From IMG/VR virus record IMGVR_UViG_3300046170_000454, positions 1-64,000 of that record: a DNA stretch of 64,000 bases; one strand, written 5' to 3'. Source of the stretch: a virus. Lineage: Duplodnaviria > Caudoviricetes. The number at the start of each line of letters is the position of its first letter. Position 1 is the first letter of the stretch. The position numbers were made by a program, and so were the translations under genes. The notes beneath the pieces were generated by a model. The model was not told the origin of the DNA, ran no database searches, and saw nothing but the letters and a program-made list of their open reading frames with translations. Of this stretch, positions 40,867 through 52,200 are shown one piece after another.

Positions 40867-42134
40867 ACAGCGTACAACATATGGGCTTATTTGAAGGGCT
40901 AGCACAAGACCCTTCATACCGACAAGTTTACGAGTCAGACCCTAACTCAATGCCCATAGACAGCTCCATTGAGAGACTGAGGAAGTATTCACCTTTCACG
41001 GTTTCTTTGGCTCTCCCTACAATACTAGACGGTGTAGTCGCTTCGGGAGGTCTTGATGATGGGTATCTACAAGAAAACTTAAGATTAGTAGGGGGAAGTG
41101 GTCAGGAATACCGCTCTTCAGGTGTCGCTTTCAACTCAGTGACTAAAGTCGCAAAAAACGATTACCTAAACGCAGGTAGAGGACAAGGCTCTATTACAAG
41201 TGACTTGACCTACTATGCCCTTGAGCAAGCCGATGCTACCGTAATGTCAGGGATCGCCTCTAATGCTAACCGTAGAGTTTCTTCAGTTGAAGAGAGCTAC
41301 CAGCGCGAGTCTACGGGACTCGCCTCGAAGCAAGCGGGTTTTATAGATCAAAGGATGGTGATAGAGACTCTCCGTCAAATTAAAAAAATGGCGGATACAC
41401 CTCCGTTATTAATGTTAATCAACCCTAACAGCTTTCAGCTTCAATATCAGCGCATACAAAACTACTCCGAAGCTACGAGAACAGGTTTTGTTTATCAAGC
41501 ATGGGGAGAGGGATTGCAGACGCTATCTATCTCAGGTGTGATCGGAGCTTTTGCGTCAGGAGTAAGAAACTCTACTCAAGGGATTACCGCAGACGAGGTG
41601 GCAATCTTACCGCCTAACCTTACGTCCTTAGCGAGCGGTGTTAGGGAGACAGAGACTCGCGTGCCGTCAGGTGTTCAGTATGCTTCTCGCAACCGCTCAG
41701 CGGCTTATCAGCAACTCATCACATTGCTTAATATTTACAACAATGGGGCTCTAATAAAAGACACGATAGGGCGCTCCAAGGCTAATATTATGGCGGGCAA
41801 AGTCGTGCTTGAGTACGATCAGATCGCTTATCTAGGGACGATGAAGAGCTTTTCTTACGGGTTTTCCGAAGAGAAGCAAATGGGAGGCTTAGAGTTTAGC
41901 TTTGAGTTTGAGGTGAAAAAAATGCTGGACTTCTCTTCAGACACCGCTTCAGTCTCTAGGTATAAATCAGCACAGGCGAAGAGGATTTTAAGTAACCCTG
42001 TTTCGGCTACCCCGCCTCCTAATCCTGTCGTTAATAGTGGTTTCCAAACATCAGGGGCGCTCTTCACCTCCGCACCTGCTGAAGAGGAAGAAGAAGATGT
42101 ACCTGGCGGTACAGGTTTCATCCTTAATACTTAA
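40863..42134 (+). CDS. Second tube-initiator-like protein, paralogue of 40225-40866
   Basis: MLINPNSF..Y...AWGE...ISG...YNNG...YLGTMKSFS...FSFEF aligns with the preceding ORF. Confidence 0.6.
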   Translation: MNSVQHMGLFEGLAQDPSYRQVYESDPNSMPIDSSIERLRKYSPFTVSLALPTILDGVVASGGLDDGYLQENLRLVGGSGQEYRSSGVAFNSVTKVAKNDYLNAGRGQGSITSDLTYYALEQADATVMSGIASNANRRVSSVEESYQRESTGLASKQAGFIDQRMVIETLRQIKKMADTPPLLMLINPNSFQLQYQRIQNYSEATRTGFVYQAWGEGLQTLSISGVIGAFASGVRNSTQGITADEVAILPPNLTSLASGVRETETRVPSGVQYASRNRSAAYQQLITLLNIYNNGALIKDTIGRSKANIMAGKVVLEYDQIAYLGTMKSFSYGFSEEKQMGGLEFSFEFEVKKMLDFSSDTASVSRYKSAQAKRILSNPVSATPPPNPVVNSGFQTSGALFTSAPAEEEEEDVPGGTGFILNT

Positions 42135-42147
42135 GAGAGCTTAACAA

Positions 42148-45100
42148 ATGTCTAACGCTAATAGGCCGTATTCGGGTACATGGCGACCCAACAGCAAGAA
42201 AATAGTCAGCTATACCCCTGACGCTCTAGTTTACCTTAACGGTATGGCAGAGCTACCTGGAGCAGACGGCGGTAATATTAGGTTCGATATCCAAAAGTAT
42301 GTCACCCAAATCAGTGTAGACGGCGGAGTAGAGAGCGGTGCGACCTCAGCTTCCCTTACGCTATCAATCCCGCGCTTTGAGAGTGCTAAGATATACAAAG
42401 ACGGAGGGATCATCTTCCATACAGGTATGGAGGTACATATTTATGCTAGAGGCTATTTCCCCACAAAAGGGCTCGTTAAAGTAGAAGGTCTACCGCAGAG
42501 CAAAGAGTTGCCTCAGTATCCCTACTACCACATATTCCACGGTGTGGTGACGAGCGTTTCTTTTGACTACAGCGGAGGTAACTACTCCGCGTCTCTAAGC
42601 TGTAGCTCTATGTTACACTTTTGGAGCTATCAATATATCTCTACGAGCGGGTCGGTCTTCGGCGCTCGACCTACAAACTCAGGTATCCGCACTACCTTGA
42701 GAGGGCATAACTTCGCTAACAAGAATGCCTACGAGGTTTTGTATACCCTGTATCGCGATTTCCAAGGCGCGGCACACGGTGTCTCTTGGACTTTCTCTCA
42801 AAAGACTAACATTAACGCGACATTCCAAAACCAAGACCTTTACTCAATCAACTTAGAGTATTGGAAGCGCAGGTTCTCTACTCGGCTTTACGGTTTAAGG
42901 ATGTACGGCGCGTCGGGTCAGCTCTACTCCGCGACCCAACAAGCCTTCCTCTCAGGGCTTAACCGAAGCCAAGCTAAGAACCTTATTAAAAACTCTCGCG
43001 TAGGTACAGAGTTTAAATATATGGAAGCCAGCTCTGTGCTCCGAGCCGCTTACGACTTGGGTTTGATTAGAGTAAACCCTGAGACAGGTAAGATTGTAGG
43101 AGGCGCTGATCAAATCGCGGCGGTGTTGCCCAGCTTCACGGTGTCACCCGTTGAAATCTCAGCTTATGTAGATGACGTGAGCGCATGGGGTAGTGTTAAC
43201 TTCTTTGAGTCTACCTACGAGTCAAAGATGGACATGGCGAATAAGATTAAGGAGATGACGGACTTCGAGTTTTATCAAGATATGGACGGAGACTTGGTAT
43301 TCAAACCTCCGTTTTACAACTTAGATACCTCATCAAGTAGAGTATATCGCATAGAGCCTGAAGACATCATTAACCTCAGCTTCACCGAAAACGAGCCCGA
43401 AGCGACTTACTACGTAGTGAGGGCAGGACATTGGCAACAGATACAGGGCTTAGGGATGGAAGGCGAATGGGGTGTCTCAGGGCGCTATGTAGACTACCGA
43501 CTTGTCGCCCAATATGGCTGGCGACAGGGCGACTTTGAGACTCACTACTATAACACCCCTAAGTCAGCTTTCTTCGCGGCAGTTGCGAAAATGGCTGTTG
43601 CTAACTCGAAGATTAATACCGCGAGCCTCACAATACCTTTTAGACCTGAGCTTAGAGCTGGCTACCCTGTTTATATTTCACACATAGACACCTTTTATTA
43701 CGTAGAGAGCCTCAGCCACAGCTTCTCTTATGGAGGTCAGTGTACGACCTCCATACAGCTCACAGCGCGGAGAAGAAAGTTTCACGCTCCTCGAAATACG
43801 AGAGAGGCTTCGCGAGGAAACTCTGCGGTAGATACTGTGGACTTGTCGAGATTAGACCTCCCCCCAACGCCTATCATCACCTCAAAGGATAATCACCCTA
43901 AAGAAGTAGGCTTTCCGAACGTAGTAATGGCGCTTGATCCGACTCTTGTTAACCCTTTGTTCTACGTTACCGACGACGGGACAGATTATAAAGACCGTAA
44001 TGTTGTCCTTAATCTTATAAAGAAAGCGGAGAGCCTTAATATTATCAGCCCTGTAGTGTCATCAGGCATCTACGACAAAGACATCTACAACTACTACAAA
44101 GTCTCTTATGACGATGAGCAGGATGTTATGTTTAATGTCCAAGAAATCGTCACTCAGGCGAAACAGTACGGGACAACTTTAGAGCGAACCGACCAAGAGC
44201 TTTATGGGATACCTAAAAGCAAACGGCGCAAGCGAAGGAAAGAAGGTTTTGTAGAGCAAAAGGCTACGCTTGAGAGTCAAATCTTTAGGGAGCAGGCTAA
44301 GATAGACAGCCTAGACTCTAGTAGCGAACAGGTTAAGTTTAGAAAAGCAAGCGCCCAGCTAACAAAGCTCAAAAATAAGCTCGCACGAATAGACGAGAAA
44401 ATCCTCAGCCTTGACACAGAGCTTAAGCAACAGAGACAGGGCTCACAAGCGAGTCAAGGGTTCGGCTTCTTTGAGCTGTTTGAGCAAGTGTCTTCTCAAG
44501 TCAGAGGCGGTGAAGACGTAGACCGTTCTGCGACTCTGCTTGAAGTGCTCTCGGATAAGAAATCTCAGTTTACAAACGACTCTATAGCTGGCTCTTACCG
44601 ATATTACTCTTCCGCGCACCCTAACCCTGAGCAACAAGGAGTCTCTCCTGTCCGTAACATGTCGGGAATAGGCATGGAAGAAGGGGAGACAAGCTCTGAC
44701 GGTGTAGACATTAGAGATGGTTTTGTTAAAGAGGCTAACCTTGTCGGTGTTGTTGCGCCGAAACAGTTTAAGTCCACTCCAAACCTCGCTAACCCTTTCG
44801 AGAGCGTCGGGATCGACACTAAAAACTATGGTGAGATCGAGCTCGCAGGTAAACAAGTGAAGAGAGGGCTCGTAATCTTAAAGGCAGGTAAGAAAAAAGA
44901 AGAGACACCGACTCACGACATAAGAGCAATCTCTTTTCAAGACCACAGTATGAGCTACAAGTCTAAGCAGATAAGTATAAAAAATAAGACGGTCTTTGAC
45001 AGCGTTCGCGCTCAAAGCGTCTTAACGCGGTCTTTGACGGCGCTCTACAAGAAAAAACTGAGGAAAAACAGCGAGGAGCATCTAAATACTGCTCTGTTAG

Positions 45101-46329
45101 GAGTTTTTGATGAGGAGTTACTAAATGATTACGAAAATACCTCCAGCTTCTCAGACCTCGAAAATAACGCCGATAACTATAGCAGAGATGCTCTAATCGG
45201 TAGTGAAGAAGAGATAAAAGTGTTCCGCAAGGGGGTAGACTTGACTACCCTCACTGTGGGAGGGGCTTTCAAAGCGACAGGCTTAAAGCATTTTCGCTCA
45301 TTCCTGAGTTACCTTGCGAAGTACATGGCAAAGTTTTACAGCGCAAAGTGGGCTCTAGTTTGGATAACAGAGGTTATTGAGAATCCTAATCTTGTTGATT
45401 TCGCTCCTAAAGAGGGTGAGGCTCTAACTAAGGATCAGAGGTTGAGGCGAAACTCAACCAATAGACATATTATGATCAAAGGCGGGGCAGTGTTTAATAT
45501 CAAAAGCACTAAGACTTTAAACACCCTCATCAAATCTTTAACTCGGAAAGAAAAAACTGAGGAGACGGAAAAGGTAGACGTACAAACTCCCGTTTTCCCT
45601 GTATCCGACAATGGGGGTTATGAGGTTATTGGTTCTTTCCCTTACGGTAGAGGGCTTTCCATAGAGCCTGGGGCTAACTGGTCTAAGCTCGCGGGAGGCT
45701 ATGACTACGACCCTCTTAGTAATGCAGACCCTGAGATTGTAGACGGCTTAATCAAAGCCGTCTACACGTCCTCTAAAAGCAGTGCGGCAACTGAATTAGA
45801 GGTAAGGCTGAAAGAGGGTCTTACGAGTGCTGAAGCAGGCACAAAGGCATCCAAAATCTCAGACTTTATCGCAGAGTTAGGCTCTCGTACAGACGGTAAC
45901 GAAAGTAGGGACGCACAGATCACTAGTGGCTTAAGAAACTTAGTCGTAGATCGACGCAATGCTCCGACAAAGATTAGCCCTGCCAACAACGCGTTGAGGT
46001 TAACAGATATACAGCCTTTACATGACTTGAGAGCTCCGAGCTCTTTCCGAGCCGCTGAAGAGTTGTTTGAGATCGAGGCTTTTAACGGAGAAAACTTCAT
46101 CGCCATTGAGGGTGTCGATCAAATCACGGCATGGTCTAAGGATCAAGTCGCTCAAGTATCAGGCCGTTGGAAGGAGCGTCAAGACCTCCTTAGAGGGACT
46201 TCAATAGGTGGTAATCGGCCTGATAAAGAAAACCCTATACAGGCTGTCATCAGTGGCTTTAATCAAGCTGTTGATAACGCGAATAACCGAGCAGATAATA
46301 TCTCTGACCTTTTCGGGGAGGACGAATGA
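42148..46329 (+). CDS. Baseplate hub (gp27/gpD-like) protein with long C-terminal extension
   Basis: IFHGVVTSV, FEFYQDMDGDLVFKPP, ASLTIPFRPELRAG and YYVESLSHSF hub motifs. Confidence 0.75.
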   Translation: MSNANRPYSGTWRPNSKKIVSYTPDALVYLNGMAELPGADGGNIRFDIQKYVTQISVDGGVESGATSASLTLSIPRFESAKIYKDGGIIFHTGMEVHIYARGYFPTKGLVKVEGLPQSKELPQYPYYHIFHGVVTSVSFDYSGGNYSASLSCSSMLHFWSYQYISTSGSVFGARPTNSGIRTTLRGHNFANKNAYEVLYTLYRDFQGAAHGVSWTFSQKTNINATFQNQDLYSINLEYWKRRFSTRLYGLRMYGASGQLYSATQQAFLSGLNRSQAKNLIKNSRVGTEFKYMEASSVLRAAYDLGLIRVNPETGKIVGGADQIAAVLPSFTVSPVEISAYVDDVSAWGSVNFFESTYESKMDMANKIKEMTDFEFYQDMDGDLVFKPPFYNLDTSSSRVYRIEPEDIINLSFTENEPEATYYVVRAGHWQQIQGLGMEGEWGVSGRYVDYRLVAQYGWRQGDFETHYYNTPKSAFFAAVAKMAVANSKINTASLTIPFRPELRAGYPVYISHIDTFYYVESLSHSFSYGGQCTTSIQLTARRRKFHAPRNTREASRGNSAVDTVDLSRLDLPPTPIITSKDNHPKEVGFPNVVMALDPTLVNPLFYVTDDGTDYKDRNVVLNLIKKAESLNIISPVVSSGIYDKDIYNYYKVSYDDEQDVMFNVQEIVTQAKQYGTTLERTDQELYGIPKSKRRKRRKEGFVEQKATLESQIFREQAKIDSLDSSSEQVKFRKASAQLTKLKNKLARIDEKILSLDTELKQQRQGSQASQGFGFFELFEQVSSQVRGGEDVDRSATLLEVLSDKKSQFTNDSIAGSYRYYSSAHPNPEQQGVSPVRNMSGIGMEEGETSSDGVDIRDGFVKEANLVGVVAPKQFKSTPNLANPFESVGIDTKNYGEIELAGKQVKRGLVILKAGKKKEETPTHDIRAISFQDHSMSYKSKQISIKNKTVFDSVRAQSVLTRSLTALYKKKLRKNSEEHLNTALLGVFDEELLNDYENTSSFSDLENNADNYSRDALIGSEEEIKVFRKGVDLTTLTVGGAFKATGLKHFRSFLSYLAKYMAKFYSAKWALVWITEVIENPNLVDFAPKEGEALTKDQRLRRNSTNRHIMIKGGAVFNIKSTKTLNTLIKSLTRKEKTEETEKVDVQTPVFPVSDNGGYEVIGSFPYGRGLSIEPGANWSKLAGGYDYDPLSNADPEIVDGLIKAVYTSSKSSAATELEVRLKEGLTSAEAGTKASKISDFIAELGSRTDGNESRDAQITSGLRNLVVDRRNAPTKISPANNALRLTDIQPLHDLRAPSSFRAAEELFEIEAFNGENFIAIEGVDQITAWSKDQVAQVSGRWKERQDLLRGTSIGGNRPDKENPIQAVISGFNQAVDNANNRADNISDLFGEDE

Positions 46330-48648
46330 TACCACAGGGCGCAGAAACAACTTACATCAACAGCACTACCCCTCTTAACATCGCCAATGAAAGCGGTAGC
46401 CGAGGTTGGGGTCAGTGGGGTTTGGCGATCTTTAAGATTACCCACGTCAACTTTGAAGAAGGGTATGTTCATTTACACTCGAAGACTAAAGAGTCCGAAA
46501 CTTTTGAGTTTAAAGCGCCAATAACATTCCCCTGGAGGCGGTCGCCGTAGTTTCTTTGGGATGATGCCTTGTAGCGGAGATTACGCCGTCGTCGCCTTTG
46601 CCCCTAAAGAAAGTGACGGCAGAGCTTCAGCTCGACAGCCTGTCATCGTCTCTTATTTCCCGCCTCCATCATGGCTCGCGAGAGATTGGGTTGTAGGGCA
46701 AGACTTCTCTCCTGAAGAAGGTCAGATGGAAACAGGGGCTGATCGAGACGATCTCAAAGGGTTTGCTTCTCGTATACGTTTTAAGATGCGCCACCTTGAA
46801 GAAGGTGAGGCTCTTATCTCTTCAAGGCAAGGCGCTGACCTCCACTTAGATGAGAGCGTGACGATCACGAACCGTAGAGCTAACGAGATTATTCTTAGAG
46901 ATCAAGATCAGGCTTTGGTCACGCGCTCATTACAACAGTTCCATAGTCTCGCGGGCGCACGCGTGTACGCAGGCATGGTGCAACGGGACGCTAGGCTCTT
47001 ACCGACTCAAATGTTCTCTGATGGGCTTGATTGGGGTCACTCTTATGAAAACATAGAGGAAGGGCTGTTTGACGATGACTTCCTCACACCGTCCTACCTC
47101 TTCTATCCTCCCGTAGGAGAAGAAGAAAACTACAGCGGTGAGACAGCGTTTGAGAGATCAGGCGGTATTACGTTTGCGAAGGACTTAAACCCTTATGAGT
47201 TTTTACAGTGGGGGCTCTTCATCGACTCAGACGGCTTCAGGTTAGACGAAAACCTTGAAGACTATTCCTCTTACGGAGGTAAAGTCTTCTATAGAGTTGG
47301 AGATAGCTCTGTTAACTACGAAAACAGCTATACCTCAAGCCCCTTAAGTGAAAACTCCCTGACAGAATACCGCATAGAGCTAAAGCACACCTCTAACGGA
47401 ACACTCCCTGTTACGGAGCAAACTGATGGGTTTGATGCTGATAACTATCCTAACAACGGCGAGTCAGACCCTATTCCCAACTTCGTAGAGATGGTGTTAG
47501 GCACGCTTGTCGGTAACGACCCGTTCACAGAAGCAGGCAAAGAAAAGTACGGAGCGCCTCTTGTGCCGATTGTCTTTGACGGAGATAACCTCGTTAAGGA
47601 TTTCGTAATAGGCACAGATCGCCCGCTCAACGACCAGTCTGCTTTTAGCTTAATCGTGACACCTCCTGTTGATGTGAGAGGTAGAGGAGCGTTTAGGGAA
47701 AGCTCTTTCATCACCGTCACAAAGGAAGGTAAGTTTTTAGCGAGCTTTGTTGGTAGCAGAGCAGACAACGCTTTCGAGCTTTACTCCTTAGGGGGCATGA
47801 GGCTTGGTACAGGTGAAGGCTATAAGCTCACGGCAGACAAAGAAATCGAGCTCATCTCTAAAGAGGGGAGTCTTACGGGTAATGTTGGCGTTAACATTAG
47901 GTCTGAGGGGGGCGCAGTAAGCATCTTCGGTGGAGGTAAAGTAACCACTGCCCAGGCTGTCGAGAACGCGCCTGATGTGCTGATTGAAGGCAGAGGTCTT
48001 ATACAGCTTAAAGCCGCTAACAAGGTTAAAGTCTCGGCGCAGACATTTGATCTATCTGACACTCAGAATATTGAGATCAATACGGGGGGCGCATATCAGG
48101 TTTCTTCTGCTGGAGGATACGCGATATCTGCGGAGAATGGGTCTGAAAACTACACGAACGGACACTCTCTTAATATTAGCTCTAACTTACCTACGAGCGG
48201 TGCGAGCCGTCAGGTTAACATTACGAACCTTCCGACAAACCCGAAGGCTGACAGCTACCTCAACACTTTTGGTAACCGCGAAGAAACACTCGTTGCTGGA
48301 GAACACAGCACAACGGTTGAAGTGGGGAGACAGGTTTACACGACAACTTTAGGCCAATCTGAGCTTGGAGCAGGGCTCTCTTCAGCTTCCTTTGACTCCG
48401 CTACAGGGATAACTGTTAACACACCTCAAAAGATGGCGGTTAATGTCACAGCTACCCTCTCTATGACGGCAGGAGGTGCTGTTAACATTACCTCCTCTGC
48501 CAAAGCAACCGTATCCGCTAACTCAATCAGTCTCGTCACGGGGGCTCTAGGCGGAGGGGTAGTCAGCTCAACGGATTTAGACCCGTTGTCAGGCAAGCCA
48601 TTATCAACTTATAATATGGGGAGCTCGACTGTAAGACTCTCTCCATAA
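46326..48648 (+). CDS. Baseplate central spike (gp5/VgrG-like; OB-fold plus beta-repeat), ~773 aa, +1 frameshift at 46529-46535
   Basis: N-terminal KITHVNFEEG..MPCSGDYAVVAF OB-like segment and C-terminal short beta repeats. Removing one C gives ITFPGGGRRSFFGMMP. Confidence 0.7.
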
Positions 48649-48658
48649 GAAAAGTTTA

Positions 48659-49261
48659 ATGAAACTGACACCCGCCACACTAAATCAAGCAATCCTCTCT
48701 AATAGCACTTTCAAAGGATTAAGCTGGGGCATCCTAGCTTCCGCCATTTCGACAGGGGTCGCAACATGGGTAAACGCACCCTCTAACATTACATTCCAAG
48801 GTACTGCGACAGGCTCTGTGGGAGGGAGAGGGGAAGTCAACGGAGTGACTACGTTCCCCCCTTCTCCGAGCTTTGTCGCCACCGCCACTAAAGCAAGCGG
48901 TCTAAAAGGGCCTATCGCTTTAGAGCTCTATAAAGCAGTAGGGCTCGCGTGCGCTTCTTCTATGAGTGGCATCGTATACAAAGGGCAGTCGTCAGGTATT
49001 GTTGCAGGGGTTGATGCCACAAAAGTAACAGTCGCTAACGTGCCTACATTAGAGGCTTCTTTACTTAGCGCGATTGAGTCAGCTTTTGTTTCAAGTGGGG
49101 GCTCTCCTCAGCTTAATCAATCTTTATTATCTAAAGGTATTAGTGTAGCTTTAGGGCAACAAACCCTATTAGGATTTGGCGTTGGTGCAGTAACCCCTGT
49201 CCCACCAGCCGCCGTGTCCGTTTTAATCGGCTCTGCGCCTACTTTTAGCATAATCGGATAA
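48659..49261 (+). CDS. Small Gly/Ala/Ser-rich virion protein downstream of the spike
   Basis: 200-aa ORF in the operon. Confidence 0.6.
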   Translation: MKLTPATLNQAILSNSTFKGLSWGILASAISTGVATWVNAPSNITFQGTATGSVGGRGEVNGVTTFPPSPSFVATATKASGLKGPIALELYKAVGLACASSMSGIVYKGQSSGIVAGVDATKVTVANVPTLEASLLSAIESAFVSSGGSPQLNQSLLSKGISVALGQQTLLGFGVGAVTPVPPAAVSVLIGSAPTFSIIG

Positions 49262-49270
49262 GGTTAAGAC

Positions 49271-52200
49271 ATGAGTGAGCTTTTCAAAGGTGTTGTATTA
49301 GAAGGCGTAAAGAGCGCAGACTCGAACGCGAGCACCACAAACGAGGCGGAGATTAAAGTCGTTAGAGACTTTAAGCAGAAGGGCGATCTGTTCAGCGGGT
49401 TTTCCGCAAACTTCCTTAACACACTGCCCGACTTTATTGACCTGCGTGCTGAGATTTACCGAAGCGCAAACCTCTCTGAGGAGCAACTAGAAGAATACTT
49501 TGTGTGGGCGGCTAACTCTTCTAACCTCGCCCTTGACCCTACAAAAGTGTTAGACAACGCTGAAGTAACCTTCAGGTATCTTAATCTTACGATTAGACAG
49601 GGACTAGCCGATCCTTATAATGACGCAACTAACGAGTTTCTTGTCCACGATTTGCAAGGGCTCAAAGTAGATACGCTCCTGTCCCTCACTGCCTTAATCA
49701 ATGGCGACCCTGTAGAGTTTACTAGTCTCCATTTTGACTTTAACTCAACCAGCGGTAAGGTTACGCTAAAGAACACTACCGAGATGAGAAACCTTACCGA
49801 GAGCGGTGCGAACCAAGCCGCTCTCTCACAAGGTAGGGGAGACACAATCACGGGCGCTACCTATACCGTAGAAGACGCTCGCTTTTGGTGGACTAAGAAT
49901 GACCCTAATCAGTCGCGTTTTAAATGGGATGGTGCAACTCGTAACTGGACTCTCATTAAAGGTTCTAAACCTGTTAATCTAGGACAGCTCACCTCAGAGT
50001 CCTTTACACTGAGTCCCTTACCGACATGGATTAGTCAAGGTGAGTTTCTCGACGGTGAGTCAAATGATCTCTATGCTACATTAAGATTAGGAGATGCCCC
50101 TAATGAAGCGTCTGTACCCGTAGCTTCTATGAGTAAGGAGTATTCAGGTGTCCTTGCAGTATCTCAAACACAGCTCGATAACGAAGAAATCACCTTCGAT
50201 GATTATAACCCGCCTCTTTCAGGGTTGTTGTCTGTCGAGAGTGGTCAAATTCTATTCAATCCGACTTTCGTAGAGGCTTATTACGGATCAACCCTTTGGT
50301 ACTCGACCTTAAACCTTAATGAAGAAAACGACGGTGTTGTCGGCACGTTCGGTGAAGACCTTTATATTAGCCCTCCCCCTCCCCCTCAAAGCCGACCTAT
50401 GCTCCACATCGGCAACCGCAAGCCTCTCTCCGTTACTCTAGTAGATACAGAGACTCTTTTAAGCGGGCTTACCTTGCTAGAGGGTCACGTAGGAGTCGCC
50501 CTCTCTACGGGAAAGCTCAAGTTTAGCGATGTTGATCTAGCTAAGGTTGACATCACTAGCAACTCCTTTAATAGGTTGTATGTAGGCGCTCAAGTCCTCT
50601 ATAACGGCATCGCCCTGAATAAAGAGCCTTTGCCCGTAAAATACCCTGTGACGTTAAGGAACGAAAACGGGCAAGAGGTCAATAGCCTTGCCAAGAGCAC
50701 AAAACTAAGAATACCTCCCTCAACACTGTCTGAAGACGGTTACCTCACAAGTGGGTATCTCGGTGATCCTGATAAAACAGGTACAAAACCTAACAGCTCT
50801 GGCACACCTACCTTTAGACCTAACGGGTGTGGGCTCGTAACATCTGCTCAAGGTGTAGGAGACTTCTTTATTTACACGGAGAACGCTTGTTTAGAGCGAG
50901 TTAAGGTGGTCGATAGGGTAAGCGATCTTCCTAAGCGTAAGGAGATAAAAGAAAGCTCTGCTTTCGTTGCGCTAGAGGCAGACGGTGTAGGTCTGCCTAC
51001 TCATGCTCCTTCGACATGGCAAAAGTCTAATCAAGGTGGGCGCATTTTATTTAGACAGAGCGAGCTAGTGCCGAGCCGTTACGTTGGAGGGAGAGAGCTT
51101 GTCTCTAAGAAAAGATCCCTATTTGATCTTAAAGAGGGAGACAGCCTCCACTTCCATAAAGACAACGCTTACATACGCTGGAGCTATGTAAGCGGTAATC
51201 TTATAGGTAGCCTTAATAGCGTTTTAGGAGAAGGTGTCAGCGTAAGTCTGATTAACCGATACCTTGTCATTAGAGTAGAGGCGGGGACAACCTTAGAGTT
51301 GAGCCCTTACGACAATAACGGCGACAAAGACACCTCTGCGATTGAAGCCTTTGGATTACCTGTCTTTTATCACTCCGATCACACATGGAGTATTGAGTCA
51401 GGTGTTGCGCTTGGAGTGTACCGATCTCCCGTTAACTTAGACCTGTCTAGACAAGTTTCTGACTTTAAGTCTACGTCAATCGTTAACGATGTACCCATAG
51501 GAACAATCTCTCAGAGTCCTTTTCATTTCTTAGACTTTAATCCCCTAGAAGACGGTCTCGGCTACACTGAGATTGCCTTTTTCAAGTATGACAGCGGGAT
51601 ACGGCAAAAGATACTCTATCCGTTTGAAGATATCGCCTACAACTTCGAGGACAATCAGTTTAAGTGGATTGAGAGGGTCGCGAAGACGATCCCTATTCAA
51701 AGACCTACCGTCAATATCTCTTTAGGAGACACTCAGATACTGAGCGGGAGCACCGCACCTGAGCTTGGAGGTTTCGTCAAATATTCAGACGGCGTTAACG
51801 ACTATGAACAGTTAACATTAGGGTTAGATTACGTGGTCAGTGAGCCTCAAGGACAGATCACTCTCATTGAGTCTTTTCGTAACTCGCTGGCTACGGGTCT
51901 TGTGTCTTGCAACTCGTTCGGACTCATAAAAAACACTTCTGTTAGTTTCTTTGCAGATGTCGTAGAGGGTCAAGTCTTAAAGCTCGCCCTTAGCTCAGGT
52001 ATTCGTTATGTACGCGTCAACTATAACAGGCAAAACGGAGTCGTAGAGACTAATCTTAAAGTTGAAGAGGATAATGTCTTCTGCACGATCCTTAAAGATG
52101 ACACTAACCGCGATAGCTTGTTCGCGGAGGTCTTTTACGAGCCCTTCAACCATCTTAATGAAGATCCTCTCATTGTCAGAAAACTGGCACCCGTACCTGA